Source of the DNA: Desulfomonilia bacterium
GTDB taxonomy: Bacteria; Desulfobacterota; Desulfomonilia; UBA1062
DNA: 64,000 bases
Assembly (NCBI GenBank): GCA_050014195.1
Contig: JBEKDT010000012.1
Span: forward strand, 32,001 to 96,000
Reading direction: 5' to 3'
This document shows positions 29,528 to 38,375 of the stretch, piece by piece. Position 1 is the first letter of the stretch; each line of letters begins with the position of its first letter. A program made the position numbers and the translations under genes. The notes under the pieces are model-generated. The model had not been told where the DNA came from, did no database searches, and saw nothing but the letters and a program-made list of their open reading frames with translations.

Positions 29528-30769
29528 TCAGATCTCAGTGCAGTTATAGAAGAAGCGTGCAGTGTCCATCTTCACCGGCGCCTCGGCAGCCACCCCGCAC
29601 AGGAGCGACTGGATGGTCTTCACATCCCGCCAGTGTTTCTCCACGTGCCACTCCTTGGAGTACCCTGCCGAGCCCATGAGCTCCAGGCCGCGGTTGATGG
29701 CCTTCATGACTGATTGCTGCACGCGGGCCCCGATCATCTCGGCGAAGGTGAAGACGCGTGCACCATTACCCGCGCTCCATTCCTCGGGCGTGGTGATAAT
29801 GTGGGCAAGGTCATAGAGGAGCAGCTTGGAGAGCGCGACCTCTTCCGCCACGTCGGCGAGTACCGAGGCGCACAGCGGGTTCTCCTTCAGCATTGTCCCG
29901 CCCTTGATCACGCGTGTCTCGCTCCAATCAAAGAGCATCTCATAGAAGTTCGTTCCGGCCCCCGCGCTCACCCCACCGAGCAGGAGGTTAAGCCAGACAT
30001 AGAGTTCTTCAACCGTACCATCCCGCTCGATCACGTTCTCCTTGGAGACCCGGACATTGCTGAAGGTCACATCCGCATTCTCACAGGCATTGAGCCCGGT
30101 GGTCAGAAATGCCACGCCTCTCTTCACACCGGCGGCATCACCGGGAACGAAGGCGATACAGGGCTTCCCTTTCTTCCCCGCACACACGACGCAGAACAGG
30201 TCGGCCTCCTTCCCGCTGAACAGCGGCCTCAAGTTTGCGCCTTCGATCGTGTATCCACCCTCGACGGCCTTTGCCTCGGCAAGGATGGCCCTGCCATTGA
30301 ACAGCGGGTGCTCTTTCCCGGCGATACCCGCCCCGGGGAGGATAATGGCAACGGTCTTGATCTCGTCGCCGGCGTACAGGGGAGCGAGCGTGTCGCAGAG
30401 TTTCTGGTTGATGTTATGCTCAAGGGTGATGGTCGCGAAGATGGCGTACTTTGCAGCCAGCGTTATGCCTATTGCAGCATCCGCCCTGCCGGTCTCGCAG
30501 AGGATGGTGAGCACGCCCGGTGCATTTTCAGGGCTGTTCCATCCAAATCCACCATGTTCCACAGGAAGGGTAAGCCGCTGGAGGCCGATGGCCAGCCCCA
30601 GCTTCTCTCTCTTTTCCTTGAAGAGCCTGGCGTAGTTCTCCCGGTACTCCATACGCTTTGAGATGATCTCCTTGTCGGCCCACTGCCTCACAAGGGTGGC
30701 AATGCTCCGCGATTCATCATCCATCCACTGCTTCGGGAAAATAAAAAGATCATCGACATTCCTGTTCAT
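29528..30769 (-). CDS. Acyl-CoA dehydrogenase family protein (degenerate, probable partner subunit)
   Basis: PVEHGG, ETGRAD, FSNVRV, MGSAGYSKEWHVEKHWRDVK; the TEP/GSD FAD motif is missing. Confidence 0.85.
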   Translation of the reverse strand: MNRNVDDLFIFPKQWMDDESRSIATLVRQWADKEIISKRMEYRENYARLFKEKREKLGLAIGLQRLTLPVEHGGFGWNSPENAPGVLTILCETGRADAAIGITLAAKYAIFATITLEHNINQKLCDTLAPLYAGDEIKTVAIILPGAGIAGKEHPLFNGRAILAEAKAVEGGYTIEGANLRPLFSGKEADLFCVVCAGKKGKPCIAFVPGDAAGVKRGVAFLTTGLNACENADVTFSNVRVSKENVIERDGTVEELYVWLNLLLGGVSAGAGTNFYEMLFDWSETRVIKGGTMLKENPLCASVLADVAEEVALSKLLLYDLAHIITTPEEWSAGNGARVFTFAEMIGARVQQSVMKAINRGLELMGSAGYSKEWHVEKHWRDVKTIQSLLCGVAAEAPVKMDTARFFYNCTEI

Positions 30770-31015
30770 AGAACCCCCACGAATTGAGACATAGTTTTCT
30801 TTTTATAAGGGCAAAAGGACGGTACTTGTTGATGATCGGCCTAACCATGAATAATGGTAGGAAGATGACCCTGAGAAGAAAACCATCCCCATGCGATTCC
30901 TTTCTGAGGCATGGGTGCGTGCCTCAAAAATTCGATTTCAAAGTCCCGGGCTTTCACTGAACCGGTAGGTGATAAGTTCATGTTGTTTGACAGTAATGAG
31001 GTTTCAATATCCTGA

Positions 31016-31043
31016 ATAGTAATTATCATTACTCTCTTGTCAA
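31016..31043 (-). promoter_or_regulatory. Putative sigma70 promoter with overlapping operator for the CoA-ester operon
   Basis: TTGACA (31043-31038), TACTAT (31021-31016); palindrome AGTAAT-TATC-ATTACT at 31018-31033. Confidence 0.55.
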
Positions 31044-31285
31044 GGGAAGCAAAAAATATTTTTTCTCAGGAGTAATTAATATCTTCACATGGGTACGGAC
31101 CAGGGGATAGTGCATTATCCCTTATTTTACCTGACATGAATGCATTGTGTGATTGGGTGCAGGCTCTATCCCCGGCAGGAAGAGGTGAATACGGCAGGAT
31201 AGTGATATGATATGAGAGAGAGCCGATCAGGTAAGAAAAACAAGGTCAAAATTGTTTTGTATTTTTTTCTTGCTGTTTACAGAGA

Positions 31286-31963
31286 TTATAAAACAAGCGC
31301 ATCCTGTTTTTTTGTCAACTCAAGGGCCTTTCTGCCTTCTTCGGTGAGGTATGCCTCGAACATGGCGAGAACCATCTTTATCAGGTTTTCAATGATCTCT
31401 TTGCGCGTGTACTGCTTTTCAACAAGATAGCTGTGGATAAGCTGGAGACTCATGCCGATAACGGCTGTCCCGAACATCATCGGGTCTATCCCCTCGATGA
31501 CCCCCATTTTAATCCACTTCTCCAGGTCCTCGCTTGCATCATAGGCGAAACCCTGAAAATATTTCCACACGTTTACATCTAAGTCCGTGTCGACACCGAA
31601 ACTTCCCCTCAAGACCATGAGGAGCTGCTGGGGGTTGTTGTCTACGTAATCAAAGACGGCATTAAAGGTCGCCAGAAGGGTCTTTGCCCTTTCCTCATGA
31701 CTCCAGATATCAACCGGCTCACGCATGAGCTTTACCGTTATCCTGAGGCTCTCGAGACTTTCCAAGGTGATCTGCTCGAAGAGGTCTCTCTTGTCTTTGA
31801 AATGATTATAGAATGTCCCGGCTGACATGCCGACAGCCTTCACGATGTCCATAACCTGGGTATTGTGGTATCCGTGTTTGCTGAAAAGCTCGCATGCAGC
31901 CTCAATGATCTTTTCTTTGGTCTTTTCTCTTCTATTGTCTGATGTGTTTGCCATGTTTTCCAA
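31286..31963 (-). CDS. TetR/AcrR family regulator (paralog of 26420)
   Basis: AACELFSKHGYHNTQVMDIVKAVGMSAGTFYNHFKDKRDLF. Confidence 0.92.
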   Translation of the reverse strand: MENMANTSDNRREKTKEKIIEAACELFSKHGYHNTQVMDIVKAVGMSAGTFYNHFKDKRDLFEQITLESLESLRITVKLMREPVDIWSHEERAKTLLATFNAVFDYVDNNPQQLLMVLRGSFGVDTDLDVNVWKYFQGFAYDASEDLEKWIKMGVIEGIDPMMFGTAVIGMSLQLIHSYLVEKQYTRKEIIENLIKMVLAMFEAYLTEEGRKALELTKKQDALVL

Positions 31964-32005
31964 CTAACTCATTGATTCACATAACTAATTACATTTTATT
32001 GCGGA

Positions 32006-32034
32006 AGAATATGATCTAAGGGTTCAGATGTCAA
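32006..32034 (-). promoter_or_regulatory. Putative sigma70 promoter of the TetR gene
   Basis: TTGACA-17 bp-TATTCT on the minus strand. Confidence 0.5.
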
Positions 32035-32252
32035 GATAAATGCATGTGAAAAAGATGAGATATGAGTCAGGATCGCAATATGATTTGATAACTGGAAAAC
32101 GGCACTAATCCTTGCTTTGTGCTCTACTCACAAGAAATAATATGATGCTCCCCGTATGACTATGGACGTCACGGCGTATTTATGGTACTCACCTGAATAG
32201 TATCATTCAAGCTACTGCATGTGAATCAAAACTATATGAGGGGGAAAAACCT

Positions 32253-33017
32253 ATGAGGCGCTTCAGTTTAACCGTAGCAGTCTGTTTTGTAGTCGGATTG
32301 TTCCTATCGGCCATTGTCCCATCCTATCTCTTGGCAGCGGGTCCGGTGAAAACCGTGATTGTGGCAACAGATGCCACATGGCCTCCCATGGAGATCCTCG
32401 ATGCCAACAAGAACATCGTCGGGTTCGACATCGACTTCCTGAATGCTGTTGCCAAGGAGGCAGGCTTCAAGGTTGAGTTCAAGAACACTGCTTGGGACGG
32501 CATATTTGGGGGGCTCGAACTGGGTAAGTATGATGCCATTATCTCTTCGGTCACTATCACGGATGAGCGCAAGAAAAAGTACGACTTCTCGCTCCCCTAT
32601 ATCAATGCAGGCCAAGTACTCGTGGTGCCCAAGACCACCAAGGGTGTGAAGACCGTAGCTGACCTGAAGGGTAAGAAGGTTGGTGCACAGATCGGCACCA
32701 CGGGCGCCATGGAAGTGCAGAAAGATAAGGCCGTAGAACTTAAAAACTACGACGAGATCGGACTTGCCTTTGAAGATATGGCGGCAGGCAGGATCGAGGG
32801 TGTAGTGTGCGACACCCCGGTTGCAGCCGACTATGCACTCCAGAGGGCCGAGTACAAGACCAAATTCATGATCGTAGGCGAGCCTTTCACCAAGGAACAG
32901 TACGGTATCGTCGTGAAGAAGGGCGACAAGAAGCTGCTGGACCTCCTCAACAAGGGCATCAAGGCTGTGCAGAAAAAAGGCATTGATAAAGAAATTGAAA
33001 AGAAGTGGCTGAGATAA
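32253..33017 (+). CDS. Polar/basic amino acid ABC transporter substrate-binding protein
   Basis: Signal peptide, DATWPPME, GFDID, ITDERKKKYDFS, QIGTTG. Confidence 0.93.
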   Translation: MRRFSLTVAVCFVVGLFLSAIVPSYLLAAGPVKTVIVATDATWPPMEILDANKNIVGFDIDFLNAVAKEAGFKVEFKNTAWDGIFGGLELGKYDAIISSVTITDERKKKYDFSLPYINAGQVLVVPKTTKGVKTVADLKGKKVGAQIGTTGAMEVQKDKAVELKNYDEIGLAFEDMAAGRIEGVVCDTPVAADYALQRAEYKTKFMIVGEPFTKEQYGIVVKKGDKKLLDLLNKGIKAVQKKGIDKEIEKKWLR

Positions 33018-33817
33018 GTTTTAGAAAAAAGAAAAAGGTTGATGAGCCTAAGAAGGTACTCATAGACGTAGGCGATGGGGCCGCCATCCCCTCAAAGGAG
33101 GATGTCGGCCTTTTCACCGCGTGGCGGGTAGCCTTCTTCGGCTCGATTTTGATCACGGCCGGCTTGGTCGTCTTCAAGCCCAACCCTTACCTGGAGATCA
33201 TCAAATTCGTGCCGGACGGCATCCTGGTAACCTTTGAGGTGACCGTGATGTCCATCATGCTGGCGCTTGTCATCGGGTTATTCACAGGCCTTGGCAGGAT
33301 CGCCAAGAACCCGCTCATCAACGGCATCGCATCGCTCTACGTCGAGGTGATCAGGGGCATTCCTTTGCTGGCCCAACTCTTTTACATATACTTCGCACTG
33401 GGCAGAATTATCCAGTTGCCCCCCATGCCGAGCGCTGTTATGGCCATGTCGATCTGCTATGGCGCGTACATGGGAGAGATATTCCGGGCAGGTATCCAGT
33501 CCATATCCAAAGGGCAGACCGAGGCGGCACGCTCGCTCGGCATGTCGAGCACGCAATCCATGTTTCATGTCATCCTGCCGCAGGCTATTAAAACAATCCT
33601 GCCGCCTATCGGTAATGAATTCGTGGCACTGCTGAAAGACTCGTCACTGGTGTCGATCCTGGCCGTCGCAGACCTGCTGAGGAGGGGACGCGAGTATGCA
33701 TCCCAGACCTTTGCCTATTTTGAGACCTACACCATGGTGGCGCTTGTGTATCTCATGATTACCCTGTTCTTCTCAAAGCTCATCAGCATCATGGAGGAGA
33801 AGATCCGTGCAGAATGA
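33005..33817 (+). CDS. Polar amino acid ABC transporter permease
   Basis: [24 protein letters not shown] loop [17 protein letters not shown]. Confidence 0.93.
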   Translation: MAEISFRKKKKVDEPKKVLIDVGDGAAIPSKEDVGLFTAWRVAFFGSILITAGLVVFKPNPYLEIIKFVPDGILVTFEVTVMSIMLALVIGLFTGLGRIAKNPLINGIASLYVEVIRGIPLLAQLFYIYFALGRIIQLPPMPSAVMAMSICYGAYMGEIFRAGIQSISKGQTEAARSLGMSSTQSMFHVILPQAIKTILPPIGNEFVALLKDSSLVSILAVADLLRRGREYASQTFAYFETYTMVALVYLMITLFFSKLISIMEEKIRAE

Positions 33818-34553
33818 AGGCCGACGCAAGATGGTCGAGATGAAGGGGGTTTTCAAGTACTTCGGCTCCCTGAAGGCCCTGGATAATGTATCGCTGAATG
33901 TCTTTGACGGTGAAAAGGTGGTCATCATCGGCCCCTCAGGCTCAGGAAAAAGCACTCTCCTGCGCTCCATAAACCGCCTGGAAGAAGTGAATGCAGGCAC
34001 CATCATTGTGGATGGTTTTGACATTTACGATGCTAATGTGAACATCAACAAGGTGCGCGAAGAGGTCGGCATGGTGTTTCAGTCGTTCAACGTGTTCCCT
34101 CACAAGACCGTGCTCCAGAACCTCATGCTGGCCCAGATCGTAGTAAGGAAGCGGGGGAAGGAAGAAGCGGAGAAGATTGCTTACGGCCTGCTTGACAAGG
34201 TCGGCATCCGCGAAAAGGCAAACGTGTACCCCACCAAGCTTTCAGGCGGACAGCAGCAGCGTGTGGCCATTGCCCGGGCGCTCGCCATGCAGCCCAAGCT
34301 CATGCTCTTTGATGAGCCCACATCCGCCCTTGACCCTGAAATGATCGGCGAGGTGCTCGACGTCATGGTGAACCTGGCCAAGGAGGGCATGACCATGATC
34401 GTGGTCACCCACGAGATGGGCTTTGCCCGCGAGGTGGCGGACCGTGTCATCTTCATGGACTACGGGGTGATCCTTGAAGAAGGCTCGCCCGAGCACTTCT
34501 TCAAGAACCCCACGCACGAGCGCACACAGCAGTTCATGAGGCAGATCCTGTAG
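33807..34553 (+). CDS. Polar amino acid ABC transporter ATP-binding protein (GlnQ-like)
   Basis: [41 protein letters not shown]. Confidence 0.95.
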   Translation: MQNEGRRKMVEMKGVFKYFGSLKALDNVSLNVFDGEKVVIIGPSGSGKSTLLRSINRLEEVNAGTIIVDGFDIYDANVNINKVREEVGMVFQSFNVFPHKTVLQNLMLAQIVVRKRGKEEAEKIAYGLLDKVGIREKANVYPTKLSGGQQQRVAIARALAMQPKLMLFDEPTSALDPEMIGEVLDVMVNLAKEGMTMIVVTHEMGFAREVADRVIFMDYGVILEEGSPEHFFKNPTHERTQQFMRQIL

Positions 34554-34605
34554 GAGCACCTTCAGGTGCGACCGGACCGGGATCGCGGCTGAGGCCGCTC
34601 CTACA
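34549..34605. repeat. GTAG-family REP doublet (REPIN-like)
   Basis: TGTAGGAGCACCTTCAGGTGCGA...TCGCGGCTGAGGCCGCTCCTACA inverted pair; each arm is a small palindrome. Confidence 0.75.
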
Positions 34606-34671
34606 ATATTACTCTTACAGCTCCTAATCCGTTGACAAGTCCCCAATGTCTATGTCAAAAACATCACCTGT

Positions 34672-34743
34672 GCCAGCGTAGCTCAGTGGTAGAGCAGCTG
34701 ATTCGTAATCAGCAGGTCCGGGGTTCGACCCCCCGCGCTGGCT
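34672..34743 (+). tRNA. tRNA-Thr (anticodon CGT)
   Basis: Acceptor GCCAGCG/CGCTGGC, D-arm AGCTCAGTGGTAGAGC, anticodon stem GCTGA-TTCGTAA-TCAGC, T-loop GGTTCGACC; CCA not encoded; TTGACA at 34632. Confidence 0.96.
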
Positions 34744-34748
34744 TGTCG

Positions 34749-36167
34749 TTACTTTGGCGCTGGTACTGAACCGTTGTAAAACACTTCACACTTTCCGCCA
34801 GTGAAGAGGTCCCGGGCCTGCTTGAGCAGATTGAGCGCCGGTCCTGCGAGGGACATTAGGACGCTTGGCTTCTCCACCACCGGTTTCCGGAAAGGGCCGT
34901 GGATTTTCTGCTGCACCCTGGCGCATCCCCGGGCGTCGATCAGCGCTATGGTTACGTCATCGAAACGTTCGTTGACGAAATTGATTCTTCCTTTGAGAGC
35001 GATCCTGTTCTGTTTGGTCGCCATGGCCACGTCCTTGGCTTGGGCTATGCCGCGCTCGACCTTCCAGTCGGAGAAGAGCTTCCGGATGCTGTTGCTACCT
35101 CCCGATCCCTGGAAGGTGCTCGCGAAGTTGTACCCCTTTGTGACTGCAAGGCCAAGTGGGCCGGCAAGAAAGAAGGCGCCAGCATCCACGAGGTTGAAGT
35201 TCTGACTGGACTCATACCGGGCAAACTCCCGGTCGAGGTCGTCGCCGTAGAGCGTGAGATTCTCGCCACGCAAAGAGACCTCTCCTCCAGCAGTCTGCGT
35301 TAACTCCTTTGTGGTATTCCCCTGCATCGACAGGGTTGCAGAGCAGTCCATCGATCCTTCAGCTACCTTCTTTGTGGAAAAGGTTTTGAGGTATTCCTCG
35401 ATCCGGAACTTTGACAGGGATGAGCGGACGGAATAACGGGGAACGGGATCAGAAAAATCTACCCCGATGCTCCCTGACCCTTGTCCGCCGAAAAGGCGCA
35501 TCGTGACCGGATTGAGAGCGAAGATGCCATCCTTGCCCCTGCAGGTGAGCTTCACATCGGAAAACATGAGGTCTTTCGTCCGGATCTCTTGGCAAGCGAA
35601 TTCTGCGGTGAAGGAAAGGTTCTTCAAAAGCTCCGTTCTATTTCTTCCTGCAATCCGCAAGCTGCGCATGTCCAAGTTGAAGTTTTCCACCTCGAATCCT
35701 TTCCCGGATTGTTCGTCTCTATAGAGGAAAGCACCGTCGAAGAGGGAAATATTATCGAGGACCAGGACAAAGAATGTCCCTTTGGCCTCTTCGAAATTGA
35801 ACGTACCATTGCGGTCCCGCTTAATGGAGATCCTGGGGCGCTGGAGCCCGATCCTCCTGATCCGGATTTCCTTGTGGAGCAGAGGGAGGTAAGCGATCTC
35901 AAGGCTGGCTTCCTTTGCAGAAGCGATGTCCATCTCCCGATTCCGGATGTGCACATCATCAAGCCTGACATGCAAGCCCGGAACGAAACCGATTCCCAGT
36001 CGGCCTCCAACATGGACCTCCATCCCCAAGGCTTCGGAGGCGGCCCTTTCCAACCGGGGCTTGTATACACTGGTGTCAACAATAAAAAATAGGACAACAG
36101 AGATGAGGATGAGCAGCCCAATGAGCCCAATGATGGCGAAGAGGATGATTTTCAATGATTTTGACAT
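34749..36167 (-). CDS. AsmA family protein
   Basis: Single N-terminal TM, YKPRLERAASEALGMEV, beta-rich body, GIAQAKDVAM. Confidence 0.82.
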   Translation of the reverse strand: MSKSLKIILFAIIGLIGLLILISVVLFFIVDTSVYKPRLERAASEALGMEVHVGGRLGIGFVPGLHVRLDDVHIRNREMDIASAKEASLEIAYLPLLHKEIRIRRIGLQRPRISIKRDRNGTFNFEEAKGTFFVLVLDNISLFDGAFLYRDEQSGKGFEVENFNLDMRSLRIAGRNRTELLKNLSFTAEFACQEIRTKDLMFSDVKLTCRGKDGIFALNPVTMRLFGGQGSGSIGVDFSDPVPRYSVRSSLSKFRIEEYLKTFSTKKVAEGSMDCSATLSMQGNTTKELTQTAGGEVSLRGENLTLYGDDLDREFARYESSQNFNLVDAGAFFLAGPLGLAVTKGYNFASTFQGSGGSNSIRKLFSDWKVERGIAQAKDVAMATKQNRIALKGRINFVNERFDDVTIALIDARGCARVQQKIHGPFRKPVVEKPSVLMSLAGPALNLLKQARDLFTGGKCEVFYNGSVPAPK

Positions 36168-36517
36168 CTACGCTCCTGTTTCTTAAATCTACTATCCCTT
36201 CTCCCTGAGCCCTTGTAATAGGAACAGCTCGCACTGCTGCGACGGAGCGGATTTAAGGATTCAATCGTTGATAAAATACTTTTTTCACTCCTTCCGCCTC
36301 AAGGGATCTCCCGCACACAGAAGAAAGGGAATGATGCTCTTTCCCTATTATTACACGTTCATTCCTCGGGGTGAAATGTTTTCGTGGGTGATTACTGCAG
36401 AGAATGGTGAAAATATGTTTTCTATAGCCAAGATAATGATAAATTGTCTCTGACCCGAAATATCCGCTCTCGGAAAACCAAGACAAGGGGACACAACTAT
36501 TTAGACGTTATATCGTT

Positions 36518-37075
36518 TTACCAGCTTTTGTTCAAACAGATGCCGAAATATGAATAACCCGCCTCCGGCTGGATATCCCAACCTTTGTACGGCCGGGTAA
36601 TCAGATAGCTGCTCACGATGCCGATGGCCGCTCCCCCTATCACGTCGATCGTATAATGTCGTCCTGCCTCAACCCGGCTGTAAGCCACAAATGTTGCGAG
36701 GGCGTAAGCCGGCAATCCGTACTCCCATCCGTAACGCTTGCGCATGAACTCGGCAGAGATGAAGGAAATCGTAGCGTGTCCCGACGGGAATGATTGGTTT
36801 CCACCATTGGGTCGCGTCTTATCGATGGTGAATTTAAGGGCAAAAGTCGTGCCCATTGCCAGCGCCGCTGACTCACCAAACTCCCAAGTGCCCTGGCCAT
36901 CCTTAAAGCCGAAGGTCAGACCGGCTGCGGCGATAGGTAAGGCAAACACCAAAACGTTACCCGCTAATTCAATACGATCGTCAAAACGTTCGTTCGCTTG
37001 TGCGTCGATACCTGCCATGAGGCCGAACAGCGTTACGAACAGTAAAATGTTAATCCGGAGAATACGATGGTTCAT
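36518..37075 (-). CDS. PAP2 family phosphatase (LpxE-like)
   Basis: K.....RP, SFPSGHA, SRVEAGRHY..DV. Confidence 0.88.
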   Translation of the reverse strand: MNHRILRINILLFVTLFGLMAGIDAQANERFDDRIELAGNVLVFALPIAAAGLTFGFKDGQGTWEFGESAALAMGTTFALKFTIDKTRPNGGNQSFPSGHATISFISAEFMRKRYGWEYGLPAYALATFVAYSRVEAGRHYTIDVIGGAAIGIVSSYLITRPYKGWDIQPEAGYSYFGICLNKSW

Positions 37076-37155
37076 CCCTGCTCCATGCGGCGATTGCACC
37101 TAACAGGGGTAATCCCAACATTGGCCCAACCAGCTTCCATTTCTCTAAAATACCA

Positions 37156-38205
37156 TTAGAAGGTTCTGGTGACTGTAACACCCAAGTTATTGGTGCCTAT
37201 AACGGGTGTTACAAAAATTCTCCCACCATCAGAAGTGGATATTCCCCTGGTTACTATGTCAAATTTTCTTGAGGTTGAAAGCGATGCAATACCTGAAAGG
37301 GCAACGGCTCCAAATACGTCTGTTAGGTAGTGTTCCCCAGCTTCAACCCTTGAATATCCAATTAGGGCTGTTGCAATTGTTGCAGGAATTCCCGCACTCC
37401 AGCCGTAGTATTCCCAACTCTTGAACATTAAAACTGATACTCCTACCAAATGTCCACTTGGGAAAGAAGAAGTTCCCCTGAATACGTTATCGATGCCCCC
37501 ACCTTCAGCCTCTTGGCCCCTTGCTACATTAGGTCTTTGGTGAAATGGTATTTGAGAGATGGCGCCAACTTCAAGAATTGTAAGTACATATGTTGCCGTA
37601 ATATCCATGGAAAACTGGGTCAATTTTTCATTATTTGTTACACGACCCAAAAAGTAGCCACCAACTTGGAAAATTGGGATATTAAGCACTAGCCCACTAA
37701 TATCACCAACCTTTTGTCCATCTTTACCCATAACATTGGCTCTTTGAATAACTTGTTGCTGGTGCATTTCATCCAGGGAAAGCATATAGGTAATTCCGCC
37801 TGTAGCCCCAATAAGAAGTACAGAATCCCAATTTGTAAATTGGTTCAAAAATCCTGCTCCAGCAAGCTTCAGCACATCGATAGCATCTTGTCCCACGGTA
37901 TGTTCTCTTAAAATAAATTGCCTGGAAGAATTTTCACTCTTTGTAGTTTCGTCTTCTACAATTATTGTGGGTTGATTGCTTGCGGTATATAGACCAAAAC
38001 CTGTGTAGCTATTAAAGATTGTGCAATGATCAATATCACTTTTGTTTGATGCAGGAATTTGAATTGTAAATGGGGTTTGTGTTGAGTTTGCACTTTGAAC
38101 TGGTTCTACCTGAATTTTATTTTCCGTTTGGCTTTGGCTGTAAGCAAATGGAGGCAAAACAAGTAGGGTTATTAAAAAAGATATGAAAAAATATCGACCT
38201 CTCAT
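37156..38205 (-). CDS. PAP2 family phosphatase with long N-terminal extension (AT-rich gene)
   Basis: Signal peptide, RP, SFPSGH, SRVEAGEHYLTDV. Confidence 0.82.
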   Translation of the reverse strand: MRGRYFFISFLITLLVLPPFAYSQSQTENKIQVEPVQSANSTQTPFTIQIPASNKSDIDHCTIFNSYTGFGLYTASNQPTIIVEDETTKSENSSRQFILREHTVGQDAIDVLKLAGAGFLNQFTNWDSVLLIGATGGITYMLSLDEMHQQQVIQRANVMGKDGQKVGDISGLVLNIPIFQVGGYFLGRVTNNEKLTQFSMDITATYVLTILEVGAISQIPFHQRPNVARGQEAEGGGIDNVFRGTSSFPSGHLVGVSVLMFKSWEYYGWSAGIPATIATALIGYSRVEAGEHYLTDVFGAVALSGIASLSTSRKFDIVTRGISTSDGGRIFVTPVIGTNNLGVTVTRTF

Positions 38206-38375
38206 TTGTCTCAGATCACTGGAATAGCCTGAATAAATGCGTCGCCGTTATCGCAATCAGCCCGAACATCAAATGGGTCTCACCTTGGTCCCGTGCACCC
38301 GCACAAACTTTCCACCATAATTGTTCTACAGATTTGAGTTTACCCATCACTCGGCGGTACTCGAATCAGACCTTG

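Noticed and set aside
30841-31430. Short ORFs 30841-31029 and 31212-31430, and a GGGGATAG/CTATCCCC pairing near 31103-31172
   Set aside because: The ORFs overlap the promoter or the TetR gene and lack RBS and motifs; the pairing is too weak to call an RNA
36500-38270. Integron attC-like half sites (ACCTAAC near 37097, GTTATAT near 36507) around the PAP2 genes
   Set aside because: No complete paired attC structure and no integron integrase
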